Positions 1-9,191 of a stretch of DNA of 33,990 nt are shown here, in pieces. Source of the stretch: Bacteroidales bacterium. Its GTDB lineage: Bacteria; Bacteroidota; Bacteroidia; Bacteroidales; PUMT01. The position numbers and the translations under genes are program-made. The notes under the pieces were generated by a model. That model saw nothing but the letters and a program-made list of their open reading frames with translations. It was not told the origin of the DNA and made no database searches. Numbering within the stretch: position 1 is the stretch's first letter; each line of letters opens with the position of its first letter. The stretch covers positions 1 to 33,990 of the forward strand of contig SKQJ01000114.1 in the NCBI GenBank assembly GCA_007119075.1. The letters are read 5' to 3'.

Positions 1-112
1 AATTTCACATCATTTGAAAACCCTGCAAAAAGCAATGGCTTGCATGTGAAATCGACCTTCAGGTCAATTTCACATCATTTGAAAACCCTGCAAAAAGCAA
101 TGGCTTGCATTT
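1..112 (+). repeat. Two tandem copies (65-bp period) of a structured intergenic repeat. Positions 1-45 are identical to 66-110. Copy 1 carries the full outer inverted repeat, ATTTCACAT (2-10) with ATGTGAAAT (44-52).
   Basis: Direct comparison of the sequence. The 45-nt identity, the inner GCAA-N4-TTGC hairpin and the 9-bp outer stem are all visible in copy 1. Copy 2 diverges after TTGCAT. Confidence 0.8.
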
Positions 113-166
113 GAAAACAGTTAAATCCTCATTCACTCTTCACCCATTGGAATAGTTAAATTTAGC

Positions 167-174
167 TACTTTTG
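167..174 (+). promoter_or_regulatory. Candidate Bacteroidota -7 box TACTTTTG (TAnnTTTG), with ATTG 17 nt upstream, for the methyltransferase gene.
   Basis: Exact match to the TAnnTTTG consensus, about 95 nt upstream of the ATG at 269. Confidence 0.35.
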
Positions 175-268
175 CCTTAAATATGAAAGCATTGTTCAAA
201 CACCCGGCGCTGCTTTCTTCCCGGAAACTTCCTGACCGGGCGCGCGAAGGCTGAAAGCACCGGGCAAC

Positions 269-1042
269 ATGTTAATTCCGTCAATGGCCCTGAAAAGAGA
301 TTTTACCCGGTATCTGAATTTTATATTTGACGATATTGTCCCCCCGTTCCTGCGTGACAACAAATACTTCATGTGGCCTTTCTTTTATTCTCTTTTCGGC
401 AGCAAGACAAGGCATTTCATGGAATTTAAAAAAATCGCCCCCCATTTGTCCGGCGAGCAGTTCCGCGATTATTATGTGCTGCTGGCCGACAAGCATCTGC
501 AGAGAAAAACCGATCTTAACGGCAAAACAATCGAATATATATTAAATGGCATATCGGGCGATACGGTACTGGATATCGCATGCGGCAGGGGCTATATTGT
601 CGGGATGCTGGCAGAGAAATTCCCCGGAAAAACAATTTACGGAATCGACATTGTATCTCCCCAGATGGAAGGCAAACCGGACAACCTGGTCATTGGCAGC
701 GGGAATGTTGAAAAAATCGATTATCCGGATGGGTTTTTTGATACGGTTATCTGCGCCCATACCCTGGAGCACGTCCAGGACATCGGGAAGGCAATAGGCG
801 AGCTCAGAAGGGTTTGCCGGAAAAAACTCATCATCGTGGTTCCCATGCAAAGGGAATATAAATATACTTTCGACCTTCATCTGCACTTTTTCCCGTACCC
901 GGAATCCCTGAAAAGGGCGCTGAAAAACCCGGAAGCCGAATGCCGGGTTATTGACGGCGACATAGTATATGCCGAGACTGCCGGTAATTTCCCCGGAAGG
1001 GCAAAGCAGCAATCCGCAAACAGCGAGCCCGTATCCGGTTAA
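269..1042 (+). CDS. Class I SAM-dependent methyltransferase (Methyltransf_11-like).
   Basis: Motif I VLDIACGRGY is present, followed by the FDTVICAHTLEHV motif typical of this fold. Length is 257 aa. Confidence 0.8.
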   Translation: MLIPSMALKRDFTRYLNFIFDDIVPPFLRDNKYFMWPFFYSLFGSKTRHFMEFKKIAPHLSGEQFRDYYVLLADKHLQRKTDLNGKTIEYILNGISGDTVLDIACGRGYIVGMLAEKFPGKTIYGIDIVSPQMEGKPDNLVIGSGNVEKIDYPDGFFDTVICAHTLEHVQDIGKAIGELRRVCRKKLIIVVPMQREYKYTFDLHLHFFPYPESLKRALKNPEAECRVIDGDIVYAETAGNFPGRAKQQSANSEPVSG

Positions 1043-2493
1043 GTGCCTGAGCTTATCTCCGGGTCATGGAGTGAAAATCCTGTTTTCAGCAGGTTGCCCG
1101 GCTGCAGTATGGCTGAAAGCCTGTCCTGATCCATAAGCCGGAGCTGGCTGTTGGCGGCAAATACATCCAGCCCCTTTTCCTTCATCAGCCTGGCCAGGCC
1201 GCCCGCCCTGTTATAGCCTATATAGGGGATAAGGGCGGTGGCTATCGCCGGACTGGCGAAGAGGGTTTCGCGGGAAGTATGGCTGCCGATCTCGATTTTA
1301 TCAAAAAGCCTGGTGCGAAGGGCAAGACAGGAGGCGGAAAGGAGCTTGATGCTCTCAAGCAGGGAATGGCCGATAAGCGGGATATAGGCATTCAGGTCGA
1401 GGCAGCCGAGTGCGGAAAGGGATGTAATGACCTGGTCATTGGCGTAGATCCTGTGGGCGGCGCTGATCACGAACTCGGGAATGACCGGGTTGACCTTTCC
1501 CGGCATGATAGAGCTTCCTGCCTGGACGGCCGGCAGGGTCAACTCTTTTCTGCCGGCCACATCGGAGGCGAGGAGGCGCAGGTCGGAAACCATTTTTTCC
1601 ATGTTCACGGCGCAGGCCTTTAAAATGGCGTGAACCTCCACCAGGCTGTCCTGGCTGACGGTCGCGTCGGGAAGGTTTTCGCTGCGTGCCACCGGCAGCC
1701 CGGTAAGCCTCTGCAGCTCGCCGACGACTTCCATGATAAAATACCGCGGAACCGTTATGCCGGTACCGGCGGCGCTTCCCCCCAGGTTGACCGTCTTGAT
1801 CCTCTCGAGGCTTTTGGAAACCCTCCACCAGTCCCTCGACAACGCCTCGTTGTAAGTCCCCAGCAGCATGCCCCAGGAAGAGGGCACCGCCTCCTGCATC
1901 TGTGTATATGCAAGGCGCAGGTGGTTGCGGTGAAGGGTTTCGGTTTTTTCGACAGATGCGCGCAGAAGGTTGATCTCCTCTTCAAGGGAAAGCAGCAGCC
2001 TCATGGCGGCAACCCTGAGAGATGAGGGAACTATATCGTTGGTTGACTGGCAGATGTTGGCATGTTCGAGGGGGTCGACGAGCTCGTAGCTGCCGGGGCC
2101 GGAACCCATTTTCCCGATTGCAACATTGGCGATTATCTCATTGATATTCATGTTTATGCTGGTGCCGGCGCCGCCCTGGACGGCGGGAACCACGAAGTGG
2201 CTGAAATGGTCGCCGGCAGCTACCTCCCTGGCGGCCTGTCCCATGGATTCCAGCACCTCGTAGCTGATGCGGGATACGGCGGAGGGTATGCTTCCGAACT
2301 TTTCAGCTGCGGCCCGCAAAAAGGAGGTGTAGGTATTATAGCATGCCAGCTTGGTTATGCCCAGCGCCTGGTACCATTCCCTGTGGAACTCCATTCTGTG
2401 GGGGAAATTTTCCATTGCCCTGAGCGAATGGATTCCGTAAAGGACATCAGAGGGCAATTCCCTGTGTCCGAGTGCGTCTTTTTCGATCCTCAT
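1039..2493 (-). CDS. Aspartate ammonia-lyase/class II fumarase superfamily lyase (aspartase-like, divergent).
   Basis: GSSIMPGKVNP SS-loop signature, GGAGTSINMN, CQSTNDIVPS. Length of 484 aa and overall collinearity match AspA. Confidence 0.8.
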   Translation of the reverse strand: MRIEKDALGHRELPSDVLYGIHSLRAMENFPHRMEFHREWYQALGITKLACYNTYTSFLRAAAEKFGSIPSAVSRISYEVLESMGQAAREVAAGDHFSHFVVPAVQGGAGTSINMNINEIIANVAIGKMGSGPGSYELVDPLEHANICQSTNDIVPSSLRVAAMRLLLSLEEEINLLRASVEKTETLHRNHLRLAYTQMQEAVPSSWGMLLGTYNEALSRDWWRVSKSLERIKTVNLGGSAAGTGITVPRYFIMEVVGELQRLTGLPVARSENLPDATVSQDSLVEVHAILKACAVNMEKMVSDLRLLASDVAGRKELTLPAVQAGSSIMPGKVNPVIPEFVISAAHRIYANDQVITSLSALGCLDLNAYIPLIGHSLLESIKLLSASCLALRTRLFDKIEIGSHTSRETLFASPAIATALIPYIGYNRAGGLARLMKEKGLDVFAANSQLRLMDQDRLSAILQPGNLLKTGFSLHDPEISSGT

Positions 2494-2569
2494 GTTCGGA
2501 AATATGTAAGGTTAATAGAGGAAAAAGCAATATTATAGACCGGGCAGGAAGGACGGAAACCGGATAGTG

Positions 2570-3736
2570 CTATTTTGAGATGGGCTGGGAGTAGTTTACC
2601 ACATCCTGGCCGGTAATCTCCTTGTCGCATAAGATAATAAGCCTTTCCAGCACGTTCCGGAACTCCCTTATATTACCGGTCCACTCAATTTTTTTTAGCT
2701 CTTCGATGGCATCGGGGGCGATTTGCCTTGGAGGCATACCGTATTCGGCACAGATCTGCTGGTTGAAATATTCGGCAAGCAGGGGGATGTCTTCCAGCCT
2801 TTCATTCAATGAGGGAACATGAATAAGTATTACGCTGATCCGGTGGTAAAGGTCTTCCCTGAAACGGTTTGCCTCTATTTCTTCCTTCATGTTCTTGTTG
2901 GTTGCCGCAATAACCCTCACATCGACGGTGATTTTCTTATCGCTGCCCACCGGTGAGAGCTTGCTTTCCTGAAGCACCCTGAGGACCTTGGCCTGGGCCG
3001 AGAGGCTCATGTCACCAATCTCATCCAGGAAGATTGTGCCCTTGTTTGCCTGTTCGAATTTCCCCTTCCTTTCCTTATGGGCAGACGTGAAAGCCCCCTT
3101 CTCATGACCGAACAGTTCGCTCTCAATCAGCTCTGAAGGAATTGCGGCACAGTTTACTTCCACAAAAGGCTGCTGCGCCCTCTGGCTTTTTTCGTGAAGC
3201 CACCTGGCAACCAGTTCCTTGCCCGTGCCGTTATTGCCGGTTATGAGAACCCTTGCATCGGTGGGGGCGACCCGGTCGATCATCTCCTTTACCCTTTGCA
3301 TGGGCGGGGATTCACCTATCATGTCATAGGTTTTGCTCACTTTTCTTTTGAGCACCCTGGTTTCAGTCAGCAGCTGTGACTTATCGAGGGCATTCCTTAT
3401 TGTAATGAGCAGCCTGTTCAGATCGAGCGGTTTTTCGATGAAATCAAAGGCTCCTTTCTTGATTGCCTCTACCGCCGTGTCGATATTCCCATGTCCCGAT
3501 ATCATTATTACGGGCACATCCTTTGGTTCTGCCATGATCTTTTCAAGGACCTCAATGCCATCCATGCCGGGCATTTTAATATCCAGCAGGACCACATCAT
3601 AGTCATTATTGCGAAAAAGCTCCAGTCCCCCGACACCTTCCGGTGCAAGATCTATCTGATGTTTTTCATATTCCAGTACTTCCTTGAGCGTGTTCCTGAT
3701 ACTTCTTTCATCATCGATAACCAGAATTTTTGCCAT
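2570..3736 (-). CDS. Sigma-54-dependent response regulator (REC + AAA+ EBP domain) with no C-terminal HTH.
   Basis: REC domain with DLAPEG...LLDIKMPGMDG. Walker A GNNGTGKE, ESELFGHEKGAFTSA loop, WTGNIREFRN. The protein ends about 27 aa after that motif. Confidence 0.88.
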   Translation of the reverse strand: MAKILVIDDERSIRNTLKEVLEYEKHQIDLAPEGVGGLELFRNNDYDVVLLDIKMPGMDGIEVLEKIMAEPKDVPVIMISGHGNIDTAVEAIKKGAFDFIEKPLDLNRLLITIRNALDKSQLLTETRVLKRKVSKTYDMIGESPPMQRVKEMIDRVAPTDARVLITGNNGTGKELVARWLHEKSQRAQQPFVEVNCAAIPSELIESELFGHEKGAFTSAHKERKGKFEQANKGTIFLDEIGDMSLSAQAKVLRVLQESKLSPVGSDKKITVDVRVIAATNKNMKEEIEANRFREDLYHRISVILIHVPSLNERLEDIPLLAEYFNQQICAEYGMPPRQIAPDAIEELKKIEWTGNIREFRNVLERLIILCDKEITGQDVVNYSQPISK

Positions 3737-3751
3737 TTTACCGGAAATTTA

Positions 3752-4732
3752 TCAAAAAATGATCTTGAGTTCCTGCTGAACCCGGGTTGGTTGAATACGT
3801 TGTTTGAGAATTTCTATAACCGCCCCTTCCTTCAGTGAAAAGTCGGACTGGATCAACCGGACGATGTTCAGACGGCGGATTATAAAATTAACAAAAATAC
3901 CCGCAATCACAATCATCTCGACTCTCATGGGATCCATCCCCTTCATTTCCAGTCGCCCGGAAGCATTAGAATCAATCAGGATCCCGTACAGCCGGAAAAA
4001 ATCATCAGGCGAAAATTCACAGGAGGTACTGCAGCGGCCGGTGCCCGGATCTTCATTATTCAATGCCTGAAGAAGGGCCCTGAAGGTATCGAACGTGCCC
4101 GATGAGCCGATGAGCCTGACAGGTTTGTGGATCATGGCGGCTTCAATGGCACTGGTCAGGGATTGGGAAATGTAATTTTCAATTGAGAGGATCTCTTCCG
4201 TTGCGATGGGATCGGAAGGATGGAACCGGTCAAGGAGCCTTGCCATTCCCAGGGGAAAGCTCTCTTTCCAGAAAATCTGCCGGTCATCGGCAATTATCAG
4301 TTCGTTGCTTCCTCCCCCTATGTCGAGTATCAAATGCTTTTCTCTGCCCATTTCGACCGCCTGCCTTACTCCCTGGTATATAAGGCCGGCTTCCCTGTCG
4401 CCCGATATGATCCGGACGTCTATGCCGTGCTTTTCCCTGATGGTCCGTGTGAACTCAGGACCGTTAGCTGCCGATCTTATCGCCGAGGTGGCAAAAGCAT
4501 GGATGGCTCCGGGCTCAATCCCGTAATCCCGGATATAGCTCATCTGATTGTCAATGGCCGCCAGTCCCCGCCCAACAGCTTCAGGGGTGATCTCGCCGCG
4601 GTTGATCCCTCGCTCTCCAAGCTTTACCGGCTCCTTCCGGCTCAGAATTATCCTGGTATCGTTGCCGGCGCCGGTTTCTGTTATCAGCAAATTAAAGGTG
4701 TTGGTGCCAAGATCAAGGATTGCGGTTCTCAT
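3752..4732 (-). CDS. Ppx/GppA family phosphatase (short, two-domain form).
   Basis: ASKHA-fold motifs DLGTNTFNLL and LDIGGGSNE. Length is 326 aa. Confidence 0.85.
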   Translation of the reverse strand: MRTAILDLGTNTFNLLITETGAGNDTRIILSRKEPVKLGERGINRGEITPEAVGRGLAAIDNQMSYIRDYGIEPGAIHAFATSAIRSAANGPEFTRTIREKHGIDVRIISGDREAGLIYQGVRQAVEMGREKHLILDIGGGSNELIIADDRQIFWKESFPLGMARLLDRFHPSDPIATEEILSIENYISQSLTSAIEAAMIHKPVRLIGSSGTFDTFRALLQALNNEDPGTGRCSTSCEFSPDDFFRLYGILIDSNASGRLEMKGMDPMRVEMIVIAGIFVNFIIRRLNIVRLIQSDFSLKEGAVIEILKQRIQPTRVQQELKIIF

Positions 4733-4844
4733 TTAAATCATATTAAAAAGTATGGCATTGCCGGCAAATCTGACCGGATCATCAATAGCAGTAGACAACA
4801 AACATGCCCCACAGGTTCAAATGTACATGAATTTTTTTTATCCG

Positions 4845-4900
4845 AATTTCCCATCAATTGAAAATCCAACAAAGTGCAATTAATTGCATGGGTAATCGAC
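4845..4900 (+). repeat. Third, solitary copy of the structured repeat seen at 1-112, about 79 percent identical over 56 nt.
   Basis: Hand alignment gives 44/56 matches. The inner palindrome is TGCAATTAATTGCA and the outer arms are ATTTCCCAT/ATGGGTAAT. Confidence 0.7.
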
Positions 4901-4956
4901 GAAGTCAAAATACACACAGACGGATGAAAAAATTTTATGTTAAAGCGAAGCGGTTC

Positions 4957-5021
4957 CTCCTGTAAGTCAAAATTTTGTATTTTTTGGACAAAATTTTGGC
5001 TTCTTTTATTACAGGAGAAAT
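4957..5021. repeat. Composite imperfect palindrome downstream of the ABC permease. The outer arms are CTCCTGTAA (4957-4965) and TTACAGGAG (5009-5017). They enclose two copies of the palindrome CAAAATTTTG (4968-4977 and 4989-4998). The right part, 4994-5021, is the 28-mer that recurs at 18909-18936.
   Basis: Read directly from the sequence. Confidence 0.75.
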
Positions 5022-5037
5022 ATATATAAAGTTTTTT

Positions 5038-6387
5038 TTAACCGCTGTATCTCAGCCATTTCCATACTTCGGCATAATTGACCTTTTTTCCGTACATCAG
5101 GATGCCGGTACGGTATATTTTTCCCGCGAGCCAGGTGGTAAAAATAAAAGTGCCAACGAGCAATCCGCCGGAGAGAGCGATCTCCCATGTGGGCACCCCG
5201 AAAGGGATGCGGGCCATCATTATTATGGGGGATGTGAATGGTATCATGGAGAACCAGAAGGCAATGGCGCCGTCGGGATTCATTATGGCATTCATCATCA
5301 CTATTATTGAAAGGATCAGGGGCACGGTCACCGGCAGCATGAACTGCTGGGTATCGGTTTCGCTGTCGGCCGCCGATCCTATGGAGGCGAAAAGGGAGGC
5401 GTACAGGAGGTATCCGCCAAGAAAATAAAACAGAAAGGCCCCCAGCATCACCCCGAAATTGATGGCGCTTACAGATGCCAGGAATTCCCTGAAAATCTGG
5501 GTGTCGGCCTCTTCCACCGGCTGGGCCTGCTGAAGGGTGCTCGAAGAAAACATGTCTTCAATGACTATGTTTTCTGAGGAAGGCACTGCAAGGTCGCTGA
5601 AAAAGATCTGCTGGGTGGCGAAGATGATCGCTGCGCTCAATATCACCCATAACAGGAACTGGGTAAGCCCTACAAGACCGATCCCCACTATTTTGCCCAG
5701 CATGAGCTGAAACGGCCTGACGGAAGAAACCAGAATTTCAATGACGCGGCTTGATTTTTCCTCGATCACGCCTCTCATCACCTGTGCCCCGAAAAGAAAG
5801 ATGAAGAAATAGATCAGGAAGCCGCCTATGTAACCTACGATTATTGCGAGTTCGGAATGGCTCTCCACCTGGCTTCCGTCATCCTGCCAGACAATGGTGC
5901 GTATGTTTATGCTGGTGCGGACTGCCGCAAGGATCGCATCCAGGTTTTCGATATCATAGGCTGCAAGCTTTTGCCGCTCAATTTCCTTTTCCATTGCATT
6001 TGCAATATGCATCCTTATGTTCATCGACGGGGGACGGTCGGACATAAGCTGGACCGCGGAAGGGGTGGAGGTGACGATATGGGCAATATAAAGCACCGCA
6101 TAATAGTCCGTTTCCGGAAATTTTTCCCTTACCTCCCTGACAGTGGTATTTTCAAGATAATCGAATTTGAGGTACTCTGTTTCGGGTATTTTGTCGATAA
6201 AGAGACGTGAGCTGTCGATGACTGCAATTACCCTGACTTCTCTGTCCTCCATCGTAGCAAACCAGGCAGGGCCGATTATCAGCGCGGCAAAAAGAAGGGG
6301 GCCCAGAATAGTCATCACAATGAATGATTTTTTCCGTACCCGTGTAATGAATTCCCTGCCAATTATCAGTAAGGTCTTTTTATCCAT
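5038..6387 (-). CDS. ABC-2 type transporter permease (NatB-like).
   Basis: 449 aa with an N-terminal TM segment, a large extracytoplasmic loop and a C-terminal multi-TM bundle. It overlaps the upstream ATPase gene by 8 nt. Confidence 0.8.
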   Translation of the reverse strand: MDKKTLLIIGREFITRVRKKSFIVMTILGPLLFAALIIGPAWFATMEDREVRVIAVIDSSRLFIDKIPETEYLKFDYLENTTVREVREKFPETDYYAVLYIAHIVTSTPSAVQLMSDRPPSMNIRMHIANAMEKEIERQKLAAYDIENLDAILAAVRTSINIRTIVWQDDGSQVESHSELAIIVGYIGGFLIYFFIFLFGAQVMRGVIEEKSSRVIEILVSSVRPFQLMLGKIVGIGLVGLTQFLLWVILSAAIIFATQQIFFSDLAVPSSENIVIEDMFSSSTLQQAQPVEEADTQIFREFLASVSAINFGVMLGAFLFYFLGGYLLYASLFASIGSAADSETDTQQFMLPVTVPLILSIIVMMNAIMNPDGAIAFWFSMIPFTSPIIMMARIPFGVPTWEIALSGGLLVGTFIFTTWLAGKIYRTGILMYGKKVNYAEVWKWLRYSG

Positions 6388-7333
6388 GTTGATATGTCTG
6401 TTGACTGACTTCCTCTTGTTTCCGGTTTACCAGATCGATGAATATGTCGTTCATTCCCGGTATCTCTTCGGTAAAGGATGTGATATGAAAATGAGGAAGC
6501 AGGAGGCTCAAAAGCATATTGTCGGTAGTCTGCCGGTGAATTTTGATTCTTGCCAGATGCTCTGAGGGTTTGCTTTCCACCATGTCGAGCACTTCATATT
6601 CCCCGCCAAGGATCTGGCGAAGCTTCTTTTCATCCCCCTGGAACCCTACCCGGTAAATATCAAGCTTGAATTGCTGCCTTATTGCATTTACCTCTCCTTC
6701 GATGATAACCTTTGAATTGTCTATGAGCGTAATGTGGTCGCAGAGCTCTTCCACCGAAGACATATTATGAGTGGAGAAAATTATTGTAGCCCCCCTTTCG
6801 CGCAACGCCAGTATCTCGTTTTTGAGCATATTTGCATTTATGGGGTCGAAACCGCTGAAAGGCTCGTCAAATATAAGGAGCCCCGGTTCATGCAGGACAG
6901 TGATGATGAACTGGATCTTTTGCTGCATTCCCTTGGAAAGCTCCTCGATTTTTTTGTTCCACCATGACCGGATCTCAAATTTACCCACCCAGAATTTTAT
7001 TCTTTCCATGGCGGTTTTTTTATCAAGTCCTTTCAGCCGGCCGAAATAGATCAATTGCTCGCCGACCTTCATCTTTTTATACAGGCCCCGTTCCTCGGGC
7101 ATATATCCGATCTGGTTTATATCGGCTGACTGCATCCTGCGTCCATGAAAAAACAATTCGCCGGTATCGGGGGCCGTGATCTGGTTTATTATCCGCAACA
7201 GGGTTGTCTTGCCAGCCCCGTTCGGACCCAGCAGCCCGTAGATGCTGCCGGCGGGTACATGCATGCTGACCCCGCTGAGGGCCTTATGGTTGACAAAGCT
7301 CTTTGAAACATTTCTGGCGGCAAATAATTCCAT
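6380..7333 (-). CDS. ABC transporter ATP-binding protein (NatA-like, with C-terminal extension).
   Basis: Walker A GPNGAGKTT, signature LSKGMQQK, Walker B LLIFDEPFSGFD. Confidence 0.9.
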   Translation of the reverse strand: MELFAARNVSKSFVNHKALSGVSMHVPAGSIYGLLGPNGAGKTTLLRIINQITAPDTGELFFHGRRMQSADINQIGYMPEERGLYKKMKVGEQLIYFGRLKGLDKKTAMERIKFWVGKFEIRSWWNKKIEELSKGMQQKIQFIITVLHEPGLLIFDEPFSGFDPINANMLKNEILALRERGATIIFSTHNMSSVEELCDHITLIDNSKVIIEGEVNAIRQQFKLDIYRVGFQGDEKKLRQILGGEYEVLDMVESKPSEHLARIKIHRQTTDNMLLSLLLPHFHITSFTEEIPGMNDIFIDLVNRKQEEVSQQTYQHG

Positions 7334-7383
7334 TGACTGTTTATTACAGGATGGGGCAAGTTATTAAATTCTTTTAACCCGGG

Positions 7384-8526
7384 CTATTCAAAATAGCTTT
7401 TCATCCGTTCGAAAAAGTTTTTGTCCTCCTTTGTGGGTTTCGGCTCAAAGTTGGATGAATCCCTGAATTTTTCCATGATGGCGGTCTCTTCCCTGGAAAG
7501 GTTTTTGGGAATCCAGACACTTATATTCACAAGAAGATCGCCCTTTCCGTAACCATTGATCTCAGGCAGGCCTTTGCCCCTCAGACGCAGGATCTTGCCC
7601 GGCTGGGTGCCAGGCTCCACCCTGATCTTGACTTTTCCCTCGACGGTCGGAACCTCGACGGCCACTCCAAGGGCTGCATCCGGCAAGCTCAGGTACAGGT
7701 AATAGATCAGGTCGTTGCCATCCCTTATCAGTTCGGGATGCCTCTCTTCCTCGATTACCACCAGCAAATCGCCGTTTATCCCTCCGCGCCGCGCTGCGTT
7801 GCCCTTTCCGGTGACCGACATCTGCATGCCTTCGGCAACGCCTGCGGGAATATTGAGGGTGACGACCTCGGTTTCCTTTACGATCCCTTCGCCATAGCAT
7901 ACACTGCATTTGCTGGTAATGGTTTTTCCTTCCCCTCCGCATGTCGGACAGGTGGATGTGGTCTGCATCTGGCCGAGAAAGGTGTTGGAGACTCTCGTCA
8001 CCTGGCCCGTGCCATGGCATGTGGAGCAGCTGCTGTAGGCTGTGCCGTCTTTTGCGCCGCTTCCGTCGCATGTCTTGCAGGTAACGTATTTGTTTACCCT
8101 TATCTTTTTCTCGACTCCGTTGGCAATTTCCTTCAGGTTGAGCTTTACCTTGACCCTGAGATTTGATCCTTTGTTGACCCTGCGTCCGCGTGAGCCGGAA
8201 AAGCCCCCGAAACCTCCGAAGCCTCCCCCGAAAATATCACCGAAATGGCTGAAAATGTCTTCAACGGTCATGCCTGCGCCTCCAAATCCTCCGGCAGCTC
8301 CTTCAACTCCTGCATGCCCGTACTGATCATACCTGGCCCTTTTCTGTTCGTTGCTGAGGACCTCGTATGCCTGTGCGGCTTCCTTGAATTTCTCCTCGGT
8401 GGTCGGATCGCCGGGATTCTTGTCAGGATGATACTTCAGGGCCATTTTCCGGTAGGCTGACTTGATTTCAGCCTGGGTTGCATTTCTTTTTACTTCGAGT
8501 ATTTCGTAATAATCTCTTTTTGCCAT
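7384..8526 (-). CDS. dnaJ: Molecular chaperone DnaJ.
   Basis: J domain with the HPD motif (KYHPDKN), a G/F-rich linker and four CxxCxGxG zinc-finger repeats. Confidence 0.97.
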   Translation of the reverse strand: MAKRDYYEILEVKRNATQAEIKSAYRKMALKYHPDKNPGDPTTEEKFKEAAQAYEVLSNEQKRARYDQYGHAGVEGAAGGFGGAGMTVEDIFSHFGDIFGGGFGGFGGFSGSRGRRVNKGSNLRVKVKLNLKEIANGVEKKIRVNKYVTCKTCDGSGAKDGTAYSSCSTCHGTGQVTRVSNTFLGQMQTTSTCPTCGGEGKTITSKCSVCYGEGIVKETEVVTLNIPAGVAEGMQMSVTGKGNAARRGGINGDLLVVIEEERHPELIRDGNDLIYYLYLSLPDAALGVAVEVPTVEGKVKIRVEPGTQPGKILRLRGKGLPEINGYGKGDLLVNISVWIPKNLSREETAIMEKFRDSSNFEPKPTKEDKNFFERMKSYFE

Positions 8527-8564
8527 TATTGATTTTCTTCCGTTTAAGTCTCTATAATTGTATG

Positions 8565-9191
8565 CTATTCACCGATCACCACCTTTGCGTACCTGATTAC
8601 CTTCCCGTCTATCTGATAGCCTTTTTCAATAACATCGACAACTTTGCCCCGGTCCTTTTTGGAGGGGGCCGGTATCTTGGTCACAGCTTCATGGAGATCG
8701 GTGTTGAACTCTGTTCCTGTTGCCTTGATTTCCTTCACACCCTTCATGGCAAGGAAGTCCCTGAATTTCCCGTGGATAAGCTCGATGCCCTTTCTGATCG
8801 CCTTTACATCGTCAGTGGCGTTCATAGCTTCAACGGCGCGATCCATGTCATCGATCACCGGCAAAAGGTCGTTAATAATTTCGGATCCGGCGGTTTTGGT
8901 CAAGTCTGCCTTCTCCCTCAGGGAGCGTTTCCTGTAATTATCATACTCGGCTGCCAGTCTGAGATACCTGTCTTCCTGCTCCCTCAGTTTTTCGGCAAGC
9001 AGAAGTTCCATGTTTGCTTCTTCCTGTTCATGCCGCTCTTCCTGTTCCTCTAAAGTGTCCCGGAGCTCTTCCTGCTCCGTTTTATGGGAATTGTCATTGG
9101 TTCCTTTATCCGTTTTCCCGTCGTGACGGCCCTTCGCCGCCTCCTGGCTTTCATGCCCTGTTTTCGAGGAACTTTTTCTGTTTTTTGCCAT
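8565..9191 (-). CDS. grpE: Nucleotide exchange factor GrpE.
   Basis: GrpE-like coiled coil and C-terminal beta domain (RYAKVVIGE end). It lies immediately upstream of dnaJ and has a charged N-terminal extension. Confidence 0.92.
   Translation of the reverse strand: MAKNRKSSSKTGHESQEAAKGRHDGKTDKGTNDNSHKTEQEELRDTLEEQEERHEQEEANMELLLAEKLREQEDRYLRLAAEYDNYRKRSLREKADLTKTAGSEIINDLLPVIDDMDRAVEAMNATDDVKAIRKGIELIHGKFRDFLAMKGVKEIKATGTEFNTDLHEAVTKIPAPSKKDRGKVVDVIEKGYQIDGKVIRYAKVVIGE

Noticed and set aside
1-120. Possible CRISPR array remnant. The 65-bp period is compatible with a 36-nt repeat plus a 29-nt spacer.
   Set aside because: The two units share 45 contiguous nt, which leaves a 20-nt 'spacer'. 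There are only two units. A diverged solitary copy exists at 4845-4900. No cas genes are present in the window. A structured dispersed repeat fits better.
4975-5310. A 111-aa plus-strand ORF starts in the repeat-rich spacer and runs into the ABC permease gene in antisense.
   Set aside because: It mostly overlaps the well-supported permease gene. Its N-terminus is encoded by the repeat modules. It has no motifs.
7340-7351. TTTATTACAGGA, just upstream of the ABC ATPase start codon, is a 12-nt partial match to the 28-mer.
   Set aside because: A 12-mer sub-match to a 28-mer has a several-percent chance of occurring in this window. The flanks do not match. The evidence is too weak to call a third copy.
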